From: Reclinomonas americana ATCC 50394
Lineage: Eukaryota
Direction of reading: 5' to 3'
Length of the DNA: 64,000 nucleotides
Assembly: GCA_048213135.1 (NCBI GenBank)
Contig: PS015289.1
Location: 17,499-81,498 of the forward strand
Notes under the pieces: model-generated
The model's database searches: none
What the model saw: the letters and a program-made list of their open reading frames with translations, nothing else
Told to the model about the DNA's origin: nothing
Translations under genes and position numbers: made by a program
Shown: one piece after another, positions 37,207-53,857 of the stretch
How the letters are laid out: each line of letters opens with the position of its first letter
Numbering within the stretch: position 1 is the first letter of the stretch

Positions 37207-38871
37207 TCAGATGCGTGAATCGGGCTCTCGTCGAAAGTGGCGCACTGTGGCCGCGTCAAAACTCTCCAGTCCGTCTGGGAGAGGGAGTGAGCGATTTGTC
37301 TGCCGAGCAAAGAGAGGGAGAGGGAGAGCGGACGAACCGACTTGTGTGCCAATGACCTTGGCAATGTCGGCGCGCATAATGAATGAGATGCGTGAGTCGG
37401 TGACGACTTGGTCCCAGTGTTTGACGAGGGCGCGCACGGTGGTCAGCCACTGGTGGGGGAAGGGGGGAGAAGGGGAAGGGTGAGCAAGGAGAGGAGGCAA
37501 GGGAAAGGGAGGAGCGGCAGGATGAATAGGCATGGAGATTAGGACATGACTGAGTACGAAGATCAAGAGGGGACGAGAAGGGAGCAGGAGGAGAACGAGG
37601 ACCAGGATGAGACGGTTGTGGAACAGGCCGAATAGAACAGAGGCATGGAGATTAGGACATGACTGAGGACGAAGAACAAGAGGGGAGGAGAAGGGAGCAG
37701 GAGGAGAATGAGGAGCAGGATGAGCCGGTTGTGGAACAGGCCGCGTAGAAGAGAGGGATGGGAATACGGACATGACCGAGGACGCAGAACAAGAGGGGAC
37801 GGGAGAAGAGGACGAGAAGGAGAATGAGGAGCAGGATGAGCCGGTTGTGGAGCAGGCCGCGTAGAAGAGAGGCATGGGGATTACGACATGACTGAGGACG
37901 AAGAACAAGAGGGGAGGGGAGAGGGGAGCAGGATGAGCCGGGTGTACAGGCCGCGCATGGGGTGGATATGACTGAGGACGCGGAACAAGAGGGGAGGAGT
38001 GCGAGAAAAAGAAGCACTTCTTCCGTACAGGAGGAGCTCAGACAAGGTGCACGAGAGTCGCAGAAGTTAGGAACAGAGCTCTATCAAGGCAAGTGTCGAG
38101 AACAATAAGGAGGCGATCGCTCAACGACGAGAAGAGAGAGTCAAACTGATGGCGCCAGTATCGAGCGTGCACGAGACGACGGAAAGAGTTAAGGGATGCG
38201 GAATCATGTCGCTCACCCTTTTCTCATCTCTCTTCATCTCTCACTCCATCACTCACTCACTCACTCATACACTCAGTCTCTGCCCTGAAACCCTTTTCTC
38301 CCTTCTCCGTGCCACCCCTCACCCTTCCTTGTCCTCCCCCTCTTCCCCTCCACAACCAACCATCTCCGTGGCAATCAATCGCCGCGCCCGATCCAACTGC
38401 TCCTGCGACCATCCCATTTGCTGTGCGACACGCGGGAACAGCACCTGCGCTGTGGAATCATCCAGCACCAGTCGTTCGCCCACTGGAGGAGGAGTTGGCG
38501 GTGGCTGAGATGCAGAGGGCGATAGAGGGGCGCCGAGGGCGGAGGGCGGAGGTCCACCGTTGCTGCCCGTGTAGGCGCGGTTGCCGCCGCGTGAGCTGAG
38601 AAGGGCGTCGCGTTCTGGGAGGGAAAGGGGGAGTGGGTGAGGTGGAAGGGGGAGGAGCAGGAGGAGGAGGAGTGGAAGAAGAAGAGGAAGAAGAAGAAAG
38701 AGGAGGAGGAGGAGGAAGAGGGGGAGGTGGTGGTGGTGGTGGTGGTGGTGGTGGTGGTGGTGGTGGTGGTGGTGGAGGAGGAGGAGGAGGAGGAGGAGGA
38801 GGAGGAGGAGAAGGGGTGAGAAGAGGGATGATGAGGAAGGCGGAGAACAAGCACTCAATTAAGACGGAGGA

Positions 38872-38916
<45 letters not shown>

Positions 38917-39067
38917 TGTGTGAGGATCAGCACGAGAGAAACAACAGAGAGAGTAAGGAGAACAAGACATGTGAGATTATGCACACCATTGGGTTGCGCC
39001 AAATGATCCGTGTATGTTGGTCCTCCCTCCCTGTGAGCACGAGTGAGTTACAAACACACACTCTCTT

Positions 39068-39104
<37 letters not shown>

Positions 39105-39225
39105 TCTCACGCAACGCAGCAACGAGCTTTGGCACATCCTGTGCACTCTTGTCACCTCCCCTCTCCGCATCATCGTCTCCTGTGTTCTCTTGGGCAGAGT
39201 TGCCCGGGCAAAACGCAGAACCCAT
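37207..39225 (-). CDS. Small five-exon hypothetical protein with myristoylation-type N-terminus and C-terminal helical domain
   Basis: MGSAFCPGN... exon 39116-39225, then phase-compatible exons EGGPTYTDHLAQPN, ERDALLSS...LIATEM, WLTTVRALVKHW...IGTQV and DGLESFDAATVRHFRREPDSRI*. It converges tail-to-tail with TERT, with about 55 nt between the stop codons. Confidence 0.65.
37510..38000. repeat. Intronic ~120-nt minisatellite
   Basis: Repeated GACATGACTGAGGACGAAGAACAAGAGGGGA...GCAGGATGAGCCGGTTGTGGAACAGGCCG. Confidence 0.75.
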
Positions 39226-40011
39226 CTCGTTGCTCAATGAGACGAATTTTGAGTGATTGTGTTGTCCGCCGAGGAGTCCTGTCGATGCACTCCTCAATGT
39301 CGCGCGAGGAAGGAGGAAGGAGAAAGCAGTGGTCTTGTACGCTGGCACACGTTGATAGCGAAGGAAGAAAGGAAACGCGAGACTGTTCGGCTGTCGACGT
39401 CAACCTTGCTCTCGACGTCGGCAAAAGAGCATTTGCAAGGGAATTGGTACGTGCCACTGCATAGCTCCAAGCCTCAGTACATTATGCAGCCCGAATGGCA
39501 CAGGTTGCGGTGGGGATGCAGGCACAATTGCAACTGCAACTTCGACGTCGATCTCTCTCGACAAGAAAGCTAACCAAAGCTGCTACAAGGGAATTGGTAC
39601 GTGCCACTACATACACTCGTACTTCGTACATATGATGCTGCAAGCGATGAAGGGAATCGCGGCGACTGGGAAGCATGCAGAAGCGCAAATTGCAATCTCG
39701 ACGTTGATCATTTCTCTCACCAGGAAAGCTTCTGCATTGCCACAGGCCATTACATAGCCCACGGCCTTCGCGTAGGTCACAAGGAAGGCGCCGGAGAAAC
39801 GCCAGTGACTGGGAGGAGTACGAAGCGAAACATTGCATTGGAGGATTTGTCAGGTTTTCTGCTGGCGACGCCGCAGCGATCCAGTTCGTGTTGCCTCGTG
39901 GCCAGACTGCTCTCTCACTCTCTCCCAGGGTCACACGCCGCGCATGCACCTTGTGCAACAATTTTGGCGCGAAAACACAGTTTGTCCGGATCGCCACTCT
40001 TTCTTTGTTGC

Positions 40012-43439
<3,428 letters not shown>

Positions 43440-43828
43440 TATATAATACAAGCATCTAGACGTTGAAGGAAGGGAAGGGGAGGGATGAGGAGAAGAAGGG
43501 AGAGAGGGAGGGAGGTAGAGGAAGAGGGGGAATGAATAACAAGAAGAAGAAGCAGGATGAGGAAAAGCATAACGTTGATGATGAGGAGTACAACAAAAAG
43601 AAGAAGGATAGAGGGGAGAGAAGGCGATTCTGCAAGAGGGAGAGAAAGAAGACGATTTGGAAAATGGCGCGAAAAACAATTCGAATTCTCCGGCACAAAA
43701 GACTTCGACATTCTCGTCACGTCGACCTCTTTCTCTCCCACCTTGCTTGTAGCAGCTCACGGATGCAACAATCACTCTCCTCCCACCCAAACTTCATCGT
43801 CCCACTTGTCCACCACACTCAATTTGTC

Positions 43829-46446
43829 ATGATTGTGAGGGCGCGAACCTCGCCTCCCCCTCGCCTATACCTCCTCCTCGCCACGCAGCTCGCCAGCCTT
43901 CTCCTCCTCCTCTTCCTCTTGCTCTGCACAGACGAGGCTCTCGCCACACCCATTCCCACACATGCAGTCGAGTCGCCGATCGAGTTGGAAATGGCGCGAA
44001 AAAGCAACGTGTTGAATGTGACACTGGCGGTGAAGCCGTCGCATGCGTCGCCGCCCTCGGAGGTCGTTCACCTCTACTTGTCATGGGCGGATCCGCAGAT
44101 TACCACACTGAGAGAAGCAGGTGTGACTGAGGGGAAAAGGATGTCACTCATCTCTGTGGCCCCTGTCTTTTTTGGCGCTGTCTTGTCTCTCATCCACTCT
44201 CTGACTCGCTTTCTGTGGATCTGCCTCTCGCACTGCATTCTCTCTCGTATTCCTCCGACTTGTCTCTTTCCCTCTCTACTCCAGCACTGTTTAGCTCTCT
44301 TTTCTCTTTCTCTGTCTTTCTCTTCCTCTGTTTTTCCTTTCTCTCTCTTCTGCGGCACTGGCTTCTCTTCCCGACACTGGTATGTTCTCTGTTGTCTCTC
44401 ATCCACTCTCTGACTCGCTTTCTGTCTGTCTCTTTCTCTCCCTCTGTTCTTTGGCACAGCGTTTTGTCTCATCTCTTTCTCTTGCCAGTCTCATTCCCTA
44501 TCTTCTCTGTCTTTCCTTTCTCTCTCTTCTGTGGCACTGTCACTTCCCGACGCTCTGTCATCTTCGGTGTGGCTTGTCTCTATACTCTGGCACTGCATTC
44601 TGTCTCATCTCTTTCTCTTACCAGTCTCTTTCTCTCTTCTCTCCTCTGGGCTCTCTTTTCTCTTTATCTGACTTGTCACTTTCTTTCCCTCTCTACTCCA
44701 GCACTGTTTAACTCTCTTTTCTTTTTCTCTGTCTTTCTCTTCCTCTGTTTTTCCTTTCTCTCTCTTCTCAGGCACTGTCTTCTCTCTGGTTTGTTCTCTG
44801 TGGCCCTCTTTGTCTCTTATCCACTCTGTCTCTTTCTCTCCCTCTGTTCTCTGGCACAGCGTTCTGTCTCATCTCTTTCTCTTACCAGTCTCATTCCCTA
44901 TCTTCGCACTGCATTCTCTTTCCCTGGCTCTCACATCTCACTCTCACTCTGGCTTGTCTCCCCCTCTCTTCTTTGGCCTGTCTTATTCTCATTCTCCCTT
45001 CCTTCCCCTCCCTTCCCCTCCCTTGCCCTCCCTTCCTCCCTCCCCCTCCCTCCCCCCTCCCTTCCCCCTCCCTCACCTGCCTGCCACAGTGACCCGTGCC
45101 TTGGCGATGGACGCCATGGCCAACAGCACCAGCATCCCTATCGAGTTGTACATGAACAAGGCGCGCCTGCTTCTCCAACAGCGAGGCTTGTGGAGGTGTA
45201 CGCACTGCAAGGCACGACCGCTGCCGTTCACGACGTTGGTGGTGAGCAGAGCGGAGGGGAAGGAGGAGGGTGTAGTGGAGGAGAGCTCATCCTGGCGTTC
45301 CACTCTCCTTCTCTTTCTTCTCGTAATTTTTCTGTTGTTGTCGTTCTCCCCTTCCTCTTCTATTCCTTCGTGACATCCCACTCTTCTTCTCTTTCATGTT
45401 GTTGCCGCTGCTGTTCTTGTCGTTGCCGTCGTCTCTGTCGCTGTTCTTTATCGACCCTGTTGTCTTCCTCTCTTTCTCCCTAATCTCCCCTTCCTCTCTT
45501 TTCTCTCCTGGGGTCCCACTCTTCTTTCTTCTCTTTCATGTTGTTGCTGCTGCTGTTGTTGTCGTTGTCGTCGTCTCCGTCGTTAGTCTTTATCGTCCCC
45601 GTTTTCCTCTTCTCCTCCATCTCCCCCGTGTTCTCCTTTCCCACATCCCACTCTTCTGCTCGTTCTTTCTGTTCTTGTCTTTGCTGTTGTCCTCCACTCC
45701 TCGATTATATTCTCATGTTTCTTCTCTCCCTCTTCTCCTTTTCCTCCTCAAGAGAAGATCTGATCGAAAAGACCACTTTCCTGTGTTCATTCCTTGGTGA
45801 CCACAGAACGGACCTCTCAAATACGAGCAGCGACGTGTGGGGCTCATGTTGCGCGGACGCTTGTACATTCTCAACGTGGACATTGATGGCAGTGATGTGA
45901 CACGTGTTGGTGCGTTGTCTTCGCGAAGAAAAATCGAAATCGTCCTCTGATACTAATTGTGTGCGCACGCAGTCAGCGACTTTGTGAAGCAAGAGGAGCT
46001 CGACGACGTGCTGCTGGAACCCATGGCAATGGCGGTGCGCTGGCAATTGGAGCGCAACACTCCAGAGGTGAATGCAGCCAGTGCACCCGTCATTGTCCCG
46101 CTTCCTCACTTTTGCTGCAGCCGGAACTCGTTCCGCCATCTCTTGTGCGCCTCGAGTACCTGCGCAAAGGGTTCCTCGTTCCACCTGCGCCGGGCGTCCA
46201 GAGAGACCGTCGCCGAACTTCAGAGTCGTACGTGATGCCCGGTTCCGAGTTGTACGGTACAAAGAATCCCACTTGCTGTAGTTGTGTGTGCGAATGCTGA
46301 TCACTCGCTTGTGGCGGTGCGCAGATGCGCCTCTGCATGCCGACCTGCCTTCCTTCCGGACGAATCTACTGACGTCGGAGGGCCTCCAGTACGATCCTCA
46401 GGGTGTGCTGCTGGAGAGCGCTGCGTACGTGCGACGCAATCCGGAG
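43829..46446 (+). CDS. Glycosyltransferase paralogue 2, N-terminal exons only (catalytic exon not visible)
   Basis: Shares motifs and intron phases with paralogues 1 and 3: SWADPQITTLREAG|, RRVGLMLRGRLYILNVDIDGSDV, VLLEPMAMAVRWQLERNTPE|, RLEYLRKGF and RNPE|gt. It is followed by a pyrimidine tract and a 20-N gap at 47128-47147. Confidence 0.7.
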
Positions 46447-47189
46447 GTCAGTGTCATTGGGCTCTCTCTCATTTGGAAAAAGAAAACAGATAAGAAGAGG
46501 AAGAAGAGAGGACGAGGATAAGGAGGAAAAGAGAGAGAGAGAGAAGAAGAAACGATGAATGAGAAGAAGAAACCCCACCACAAGAAGAACGACAGGGACA
46601 GAGAAGATGGAGGAGGAGGAGGAGGAGGAGGAGGAGGCGAAAAGAACAACAACCAGAAGTGCGAGAAGCAGATGGCCAGAATGAGGAGGAGTGTAGGTGG
46701 AAGAAGAAAAGAATAGAAAAAGAAGAACAAGAACGAGAACAAGAGGAAGTTTTCATTCTCTCGCTCTCTCTCGTATATGTGTTCAATTAAAGTAGTAGAG
46801 AAAGAAAAGGCCACGAAAAGGAAGGAGGAGAACGAAGAGGATAGAGAACAAGAAGAGGGAGAGGAGGAGGAGAAAATGGGCAAGAATAAGAAAAGAAGAA
46901 CAACAAGCAGAAGCAGAACTCCCTCTTCCTCCCTCTTTTCTCAGTCTTCTCTCTCTTCTCTCCCTTTTGTCCTTTCTCTCTCCCTCCCTCCTCCCTCCTC
47001 CCTCCCTCCTTCCCTCCCTTCCCTTCCCTCCCTTCCTCCATCCCTGCCTTCCTCCCTCCCTCCCTTCCTCCATCCCTCCCTCCCTCCCTCTCCCTCCCTC
47101 CCTCTCCCCCCTCCCTCCCTCCCTCTCNNNNNNNNNNNNNNNNNNNNTCGAAGAATGTGTAACAATAAAAGAAGCAGATCAACTTTTAA

Positions 47190-50100
47190 TTAGAATTCGG
47201 CCAGCGATGCGTAGCCACCAACCGGCGGCACAAACGGTTCCATGCCCTCCAGGGCGCTCATGACTTCGCCCATGCTGTGTATGTAGACAAGCAGGTGAAA
47301 CGCGGGACACACATGCTCTTTATCCTTTTCTCCCTCCCACTGTCTTTCACACCCACTCTCTCCCTCACTGTCCCTCGCCCTCTCCATCTGCTGTCTTTTT
47401 TCCCCCCTCACTCATGGTTCTTCTCACCCCCTGCATCACTCACGTTGGTCTCAACTCGGCGTCGTACTGCAAGCAGCGCGTCATGAGCTTTGCGTATTCC
47501 TCCGGGAGCACGCTACCGTCGCGCTCGTCCGCCAGTTCACCGAGGCGCTCATGCGAGACAGAGAGCGAGAGACGGCCTGTGTCACAAGAGGCAGGAAGTG
47601 AGACAACGAGGCACAAGGGCAATTCCACAAACAATTGCTGCGTGCACGAACCCACGGCCAACTGGTGCAGCACCGACATGGCGTTGAGGTCCTCGAAGGG
47701 TCGCCGCTGATGCGCCAGCTCCCACATCACAACGCCAAAGCTCCACACGTCCACCTTGACCGAGTACCGATCGCCGCGAGCCAACTCGGGCGACATGTAC
47801 GAGATGGTGCCGACGCGTGTCATGGTCGTGTTGTTCTCCGCCAGTCGCGCCAGTCCGTAGTCGCCGACTTTTGGCAGCCACGATGCCGTGATGAAAATGT
47901 TGTCGCTCTTCACATCGCGATGGACACTGCATGGGGATGATCATCAGCAAGGACAAGAGGGCAAAGCAAGAGCGAGAGAGGGCGACGCGCAACATGGCAG
48001 GCTGCAGCGAGTGCAAGAAGTGCAGTCCACGAGCCACACCGAGTGCAATCGACAAGATGAGTCGCGGTGGGACGGGATCCGTGCGCAAGCGCTGCGGCTG
48101 CAAGCAGTCGGCCAGACTGCCACGCTCAGCGTACTCGGTAATCAGTGCGTTCTGCGCGGTGCATGTGTGAGAGAGGTGAGGAAAAGAAAATCCTGCGCCC
48201 TCCCTGTGTCTTTCCCTCCACTTCCTGCGTCCTTTTTCTTCTTGCTTCTCCTATTACTGCATCGCCTTCCCCTCCCTTCCTTCTTGTTCTTCTTCTTCTT
48301 CTTCTTGTTCTTGTTCTTCTTCTTCTTCTTGTTCTTTCTTCTCCTCTTGTTCTTGTTCTTGATCTTCTTCTCCTTGCTCTTCTTCTTTTTTCTTCTCACT
48401 CTTCTTCTTCTTCTTCGTCTTCTTCTCACTCTTCTTCTTCTTCTTCNNNNNNNNNNNNNNNNNNNNNNNNNNNNNNNNNNNNNNNNNNNNNNNNNNNNNN
48501 NNNNNNNNNNNNNNNNNNNNNNNNNNNNNNNNNNNNNNNNNNNNNNNNNNNNNNNNNNNNNNNNNNNNNNNNNNNNNNNNNNNNNNNNNNNNNNNNNNNN
48601 NNNNNNNNNNNNNNACTCTTCTTCTTCTTCTTCTTCTTCTTCTTCTTCTTCTTCTTCTTCTTCTTCTTCTTCTTCTTCCCCCACCTCATCCTCATCTCGA
48701 TCGCTTCTCCTCACTCTCCTTCTTCGCCGTGGGGGATAATGACACACAGACCTGTCTCTCGCCGGCAATAACACCCCAGCACATGAGCAGATTCGGGTGG
48801 CGCAGCGAGGCCATGAGGCGCACTTCGCCGGCAAAGGAGCGAATGGCACCGTCGTCCTCATGAGAGTCGGCGAGAGTGTCGAAAGACCTGTCAACGATGA
48901 CACACTAGGAATGGGCACTCTGATGCTTGGAAAGCATACTTCGCGCAAACACGCACCACGGCGCGCGGAAACTCTTGATGGCCACCTGCATGCCGCGCCA
49001 CGTCCCCAGGTACACCTCACCGAACGAGCCAGCACCCACACGGCGCGTGAAAGAGATTTCGTCGGGGCGCACAATCTGGATGCGCGCGTCACCGGGTCCG
49101 AAGCGCGCGTCCAAGTCAGGATCAGGCGCGGTAATGTACTGCGGCAGAGGGGGCCCGTGAGACGTGCGCGCAAAGAGAGAATGCACACACCACACTCACC
49201 CGCACAAACAGCGACGGCCCCTCGAGCGGAATCGAGTCGGAGTTGGTGCTGCCAAAGAGGCGACGCGGAGAGGTCAGCAGCGGCGTGTTCTCGTTGGAGC
49301 TGGTGGGCGAACCGGAGCCGGAACTGAGGAGCAGGAGGCGATCCTGGCTCTCCTCCACCATGAACATGAATGTGATGAAGAAACTGGGCGGCGCGGTCAG
49401 TGGCGAGAAGAGGGCGCGAAACGAGAGCGAGCCACGCACAATACGGAGACCATGTCGGCGGCCTGTGACAACAGGATACAGAAAAGCGTGAGTGCACCAC
49501 CAATGTGAGCGACAAGGCACGTAGCCCGACCGCTCACCATGTACACACAGTCGAGAGAGCCTTTCGACGAATCCTGTTAACAAAAGTTGCAATGTCAGAG
49601 AAAGAGCGTCGCCTCCGCACACAGGGTGCACAAGCTTACCGTGTTGCCAATGCCGAAATCGCTCGAGAAAAACAGGGAGAATTTGACGAGCACCATCAGC
49701 GTGCATAGTTTCTCCCAGAAACCCGCGCGTGCCACAAACGAGTTGAGCATGGCGAGCAGGCTCAACACCACACCGGCGCCGTCGATGACCAGGAAAATGC
49801 GACGCATGTTTGTAAAATCGTCGTCACTCACCACCGTCTGCCGGCGAGCGGTGAGAAGCAGACGAAAAGTAAAAAAAACGCGTGTCTCCTCTTCTGCATG
49901 CATACCAGCGCGAGTGTGCCAATGAGCAGCAAGACGCCGCCGACGGTGGCGCTGAGGGCCCACGGATAACGCAAGTTGGTGAGGCGGCGGGGCACGATTT
50001 GGTAGCGCGCTGGTGGGTGGCGGATGCGCACAATCAGCGCGGTTACCACGAAGCCGTAGGTGAAGTACTGCGAGAGGAGGGAGGAGGAGGAGGTGAGGAG

Positions 50101-51570
50101 GTGAGGAGAAGGGGGAAGGGGGGATAGGGGGAAACGGATGGAGAAGGGGAAGGGAAGGGGAGGGAGAAGGAAGAAGGGGAAGGGGAAGGGGAAGGGGAAG
50201 GGGAAGGGGAAGGGGAAGGGGAAGGGGAAGGCGGAGGGGAAGGGGATCCGGAGAAGTGTGAAGGAGAAAAAGAAGGAGAAAAAGAAGGAGAAGGAGAAGG
50301 GGAGAAGAGAGGAGAGGAGAGAAGAGAGAACAAGCGAAGTGAGAGAGACATCAGAGTGCGGGATACGAACGTCGGCGGCGTCAAGCGGGGTAAATGAGGG
50401 GTAGCTGTGGTCGCTGACGATTCTGTGGGTGGGGCGAGGGGGAGGGGTATTGTGAGATGAGGAGCAGGGAGAGGGGGGGAAGGGGAGAAGGGGGAAAGGG
50501 GAAGGGGGTGAGAAGGAGAAGCGGGAGGGGAAGGGGAGAGGNNNNNNNNNNNNNNNNNNNNNNNNNNNNNNNNNNNNNNNNNNNNNNNNNNNNNNNNNNN
50601 NNNNNNNNNNNNNNNNNNNNNNNNNNNNNNNNNNNNNNNNNNNNNNNNNNNNNNNNNNNNNNNNNNNNNNNNNNNNNNNNNNNNNNNNNNNNNNNNNNNN
50701 NNNNNNNNNNNNNNNNNNNNNNNNNNNNNNNNNNNNNNNNNNNNNNNNNNNNNNNNNNNNNNNNNNNNNNNNNNNNNNNNNNNNNNNNNNNNNNNNNNNN
50801 NNNNNNNNNNNNNNNNNNNNNNNNNNNNNNNNNNNNNNNNNNNNNNNNNNNNNNNNNNNNNNNNNNNNNNNNNNNNNNNNNNNNNNNNNNNNNNNNNNNN
50901 NNNNNNNNNNNNNNNNNNNNNNNNNNNNNNNNNNNNNNNNNNNNNNNNNNNNNNNNNNNNNNNNNNNNNNNNNNNNNNNNNNNNNNNNNNNNNNNNNNNN
51001 NNNNNNNNNNNNNNNNNNNNNNNNNNNNNNNNNNNNNNNNNNNNNNNNNNNNNNNNNNNNNNNNNCACTCTCTCTCTCTCTCTCCCTTCTCTCTCCCTCT
51101 CTCCCATCTCTCTCTCTCCCTCCATCTCTCCCTCCCTCCCTTCCCTCCTTCTCGCACTCTTAGACAACACGTGCAGCGGAACAACAACACAAACAATCAC
51201 TCACTGCGCACAAGCAGAGAACCCCCTCTCCCCCCGAGCAACACCAACTCACCGACTCAACGCCAACAACACCATAACCACCGAGGAAAGCGCGAGAAAC
51301 GTCACATGCTCTGCAATGCACCGAGTCACAAATCCGAACACGCCACGAAAAGCACTCACACTCACACACACAAACACAGCAACACCTGTCTTGAGTGGTT
51401 TAACAAGACCACGGAGCACGCGTCTCCGATGCACAAGCACCTGTGGAAAGCAGCAGCTCTTGATGAGGAGTTTTTCACGCTGAGCGGACACGTTCTCGCG
51501 CTCTCTCTCACACACTCACCAGTGCGCCTGTGACCACCACTTGCCCCAGTAGGCAGGAGCCAGACATGAC
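47190..51570 (-). CDS. Multi-pass membrane protein with C-terminal tyrosine-kinase-like (TKL) kinase domain; 5' exons approximate
   Basis: Kinase motifs across exons: VGAGSFGEVYLGTWRGMQVAIK, EVRLMASLRHPNLL, GLHFLHSLQPAI|VHRDVKSDN, KVGDYGLAR, VGTISYMSPE, DVWSFGVVMWE and RCLQYDAELRPT. Several hydrophobic segments lie upstream (49370-50070, ~51260-51320). Confidence 0.85.
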
Positions 51571-52088
51571 GCCAGCAGTGGAGTGCGGGAATGGATGTGA
51601 CTGAGTGTGTGAGTGAGTGAGTGAGCGTGAGAAAAGGCAGATTAGATCATGTTCGTGTGCGTGTGCGTGTGTACGTGTCAACCTGACTGACGAGTGCATT
51701 GGTGCACCAGCCGCCGGCGTTGTCTGCCAGCATCCGTTCGCTTTCGCGTTGTCTGTGTCTTGTCTGTCTCTTGTCAATGCATGCATGCGCGCATGTGCGA
51801 CGTCGACGTTCGACGCTGTTTCGCCTTGTTCTGTGGTGCGTTGCATGGCCGGGATGTGGAAGGTGTGCTTTTCTTGGTCGCCAAAGTTGTTGACCTTGCA
51901 TCGAAATCAAGACAACTGCTGAAGTTTAGGATAAAATTGGCGACAGTGTATACTCAAGCAGACAACGGAAAGCCGCACCTGTAAGAGGCAGAGCTCAGAG
52001 AAAAACACACAAATCATTCCAGGGGCAACAGACGGGAACCACAAGAGAGAGAAGCCAGATCTCCTTGCGTCCTTCGCCCACTAGCAAG

Positions 52089-53182
52089 TCACAGTCGGAG
52101 ACTCTCATCGGCGCAACAACGATGGAGAATCACCTCGGCCTCCTCCACAATGAAGCACCGCAACACAATCTCGGCCAAACATCGCCTGTCTGACTCCTCA
52201 TCCTCTCCGCTCCTTCGCCGCATCTCCAGCGCGGCGCACATGGCTTGTCGAGCGCAGTCCAGCTCCTGCCGAGCGAGGCCACATGGCGTCGACCACACCC
52301 TCACCGTTCTGTCTTCACCCCCGCTTACAATGTGCAGGCCATCTCGAGCAATGGCAACAGACAGCACGCCTCTCGTATGCCCTTCCAACTGTCGCACCTG
52401 CTCGCCAGTCGCCAGCGACCACACTCGCAACTTCCCATCTTCGCCTCCACTCACAACTTTTTGACTGTCAAGAGTGACGGCGACACACGAGACCCATCCA
52501 CTGTGACCCTCGAATCGTCGCACCTCCTCTCCGCTCTCCAGCGACCACACGCGCACTGTGCTGTCGTCACTTCCGCTGACGATATGCAGGCCATCGAGAG
52601 TAACGGTGATAGATGGCACCCACTCCGCATGCCCCAGCAATCGTCGCACCTCCTCCCCAGTTGCCAGTGACCACACTCGCACTGTCCGGTCGGCACTCCC
52701 ACTCACAACATGCAGGCCGTCGGGAGTGACGGCAACAGACAATACCCAGTTCGTGTGCCCCTCCAACCGTCGCACTTCCTCGCCACTCTCGAGTGACCAC
52801 ACGCGCACTGTCTTATCACAACTCCCACTCACTACATGCAGGCTGTCGGGAGTGACAGCGACCGAACGCACCATGTTCGAGTGCCCTTCAAGCCGTCGCA
52901 CTTGTTCTCCACTTGCCAGCGACCATACGCGAATTGTGCTGTCGTTGCTCCCGCTGACTACGTGTTGACCATCGGGAGAGACGGCGACCTCCATCACCCA
53001 CTCAGTGTGTCCCTCGAACCGCGCCACCTCTTCTCCAGTCACGAGAGACCACACTCGCACGGTCTTGTCACCGCTCCCACTCACGATGAACTGACCATGG
53101 GAAAGATGGCGACAGAGGTCACCGCGGAGGTGTGTCCACGCAAGCACTTGCAGGGGAGAGAGGGAGGAGGAGCGGAGGACAT
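52089..53182 (-). pseudogene. WD40 array copy A: 7 repeats plus conserved C-terminal module; 1-nt deletion in repeat 1
   Basis: ATG at 53182 (MSSAPPPSLPCKCLRGHTSAV). CCC ATG GTC replaces consensus CCC GAT GGT at ~53098 and shifts the frame; the remainder is open to 52089. This could be a sequencing error. Confidence 0.7.
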
Positions 53183-53399
53183 GGTGCGGGCGTGGGGAGA
53201 GAAGTGCGAGTTTGAGTTGTCCTTTGTTGAAGGGACATGCCGGTGACTTCGGAACTCTTACGGCAGTGGCACACTGGTCTATCGAAACAAGGGTGCTTCA
53301 CTTGGGAGGTACACTCTCAGAGACAGAATATTAAAGCAACTCATGGGCTGCTGTCTGTTGCGTAAAAACACGCAGTAAATGGCAAGGAAGAGCACAGAG

Positions 53400-53434
<35 letters not shown>

Positions 53435-53857
53435 GAGAGAGAGAGAGAGAGGAGGAGAGAGAGAGAGAGGAGGAGAGAGGAGAGAGAGAGAGAGAGAGAC
53501 AACAACGACGACGTCTCCTTCCCGTTCCCGTCCCGTCCCGTACCACCTACGACGGACGGTACGTACGTACGACGGTACGGTACGGACTCTCGTCGTACGT
53601 TAACCGTANNNNNNNNNNNNNNNNNNNNNNNNNNNNNNNNNNNNNNNNNNNNNNNNNNNNNNNNNNNNNNNNNNNNNNNNNNNNNNNNNNNNNNNNNNNN
53701 NNNNNNNNNNNNNNNNNNNNNNNNNNNNNNNNNNNNNNNNNNNNNNNNNNNNNNNNNNNNNNNNNNNNNNNNNNNNNNNNNNNNNNNNNNNNNNNNNGGA
53801 GAGAGAGAGAGAGAGATCACAAGACAGCTCTCCTTCCGCCCTTCGCCACTCAGCGAG

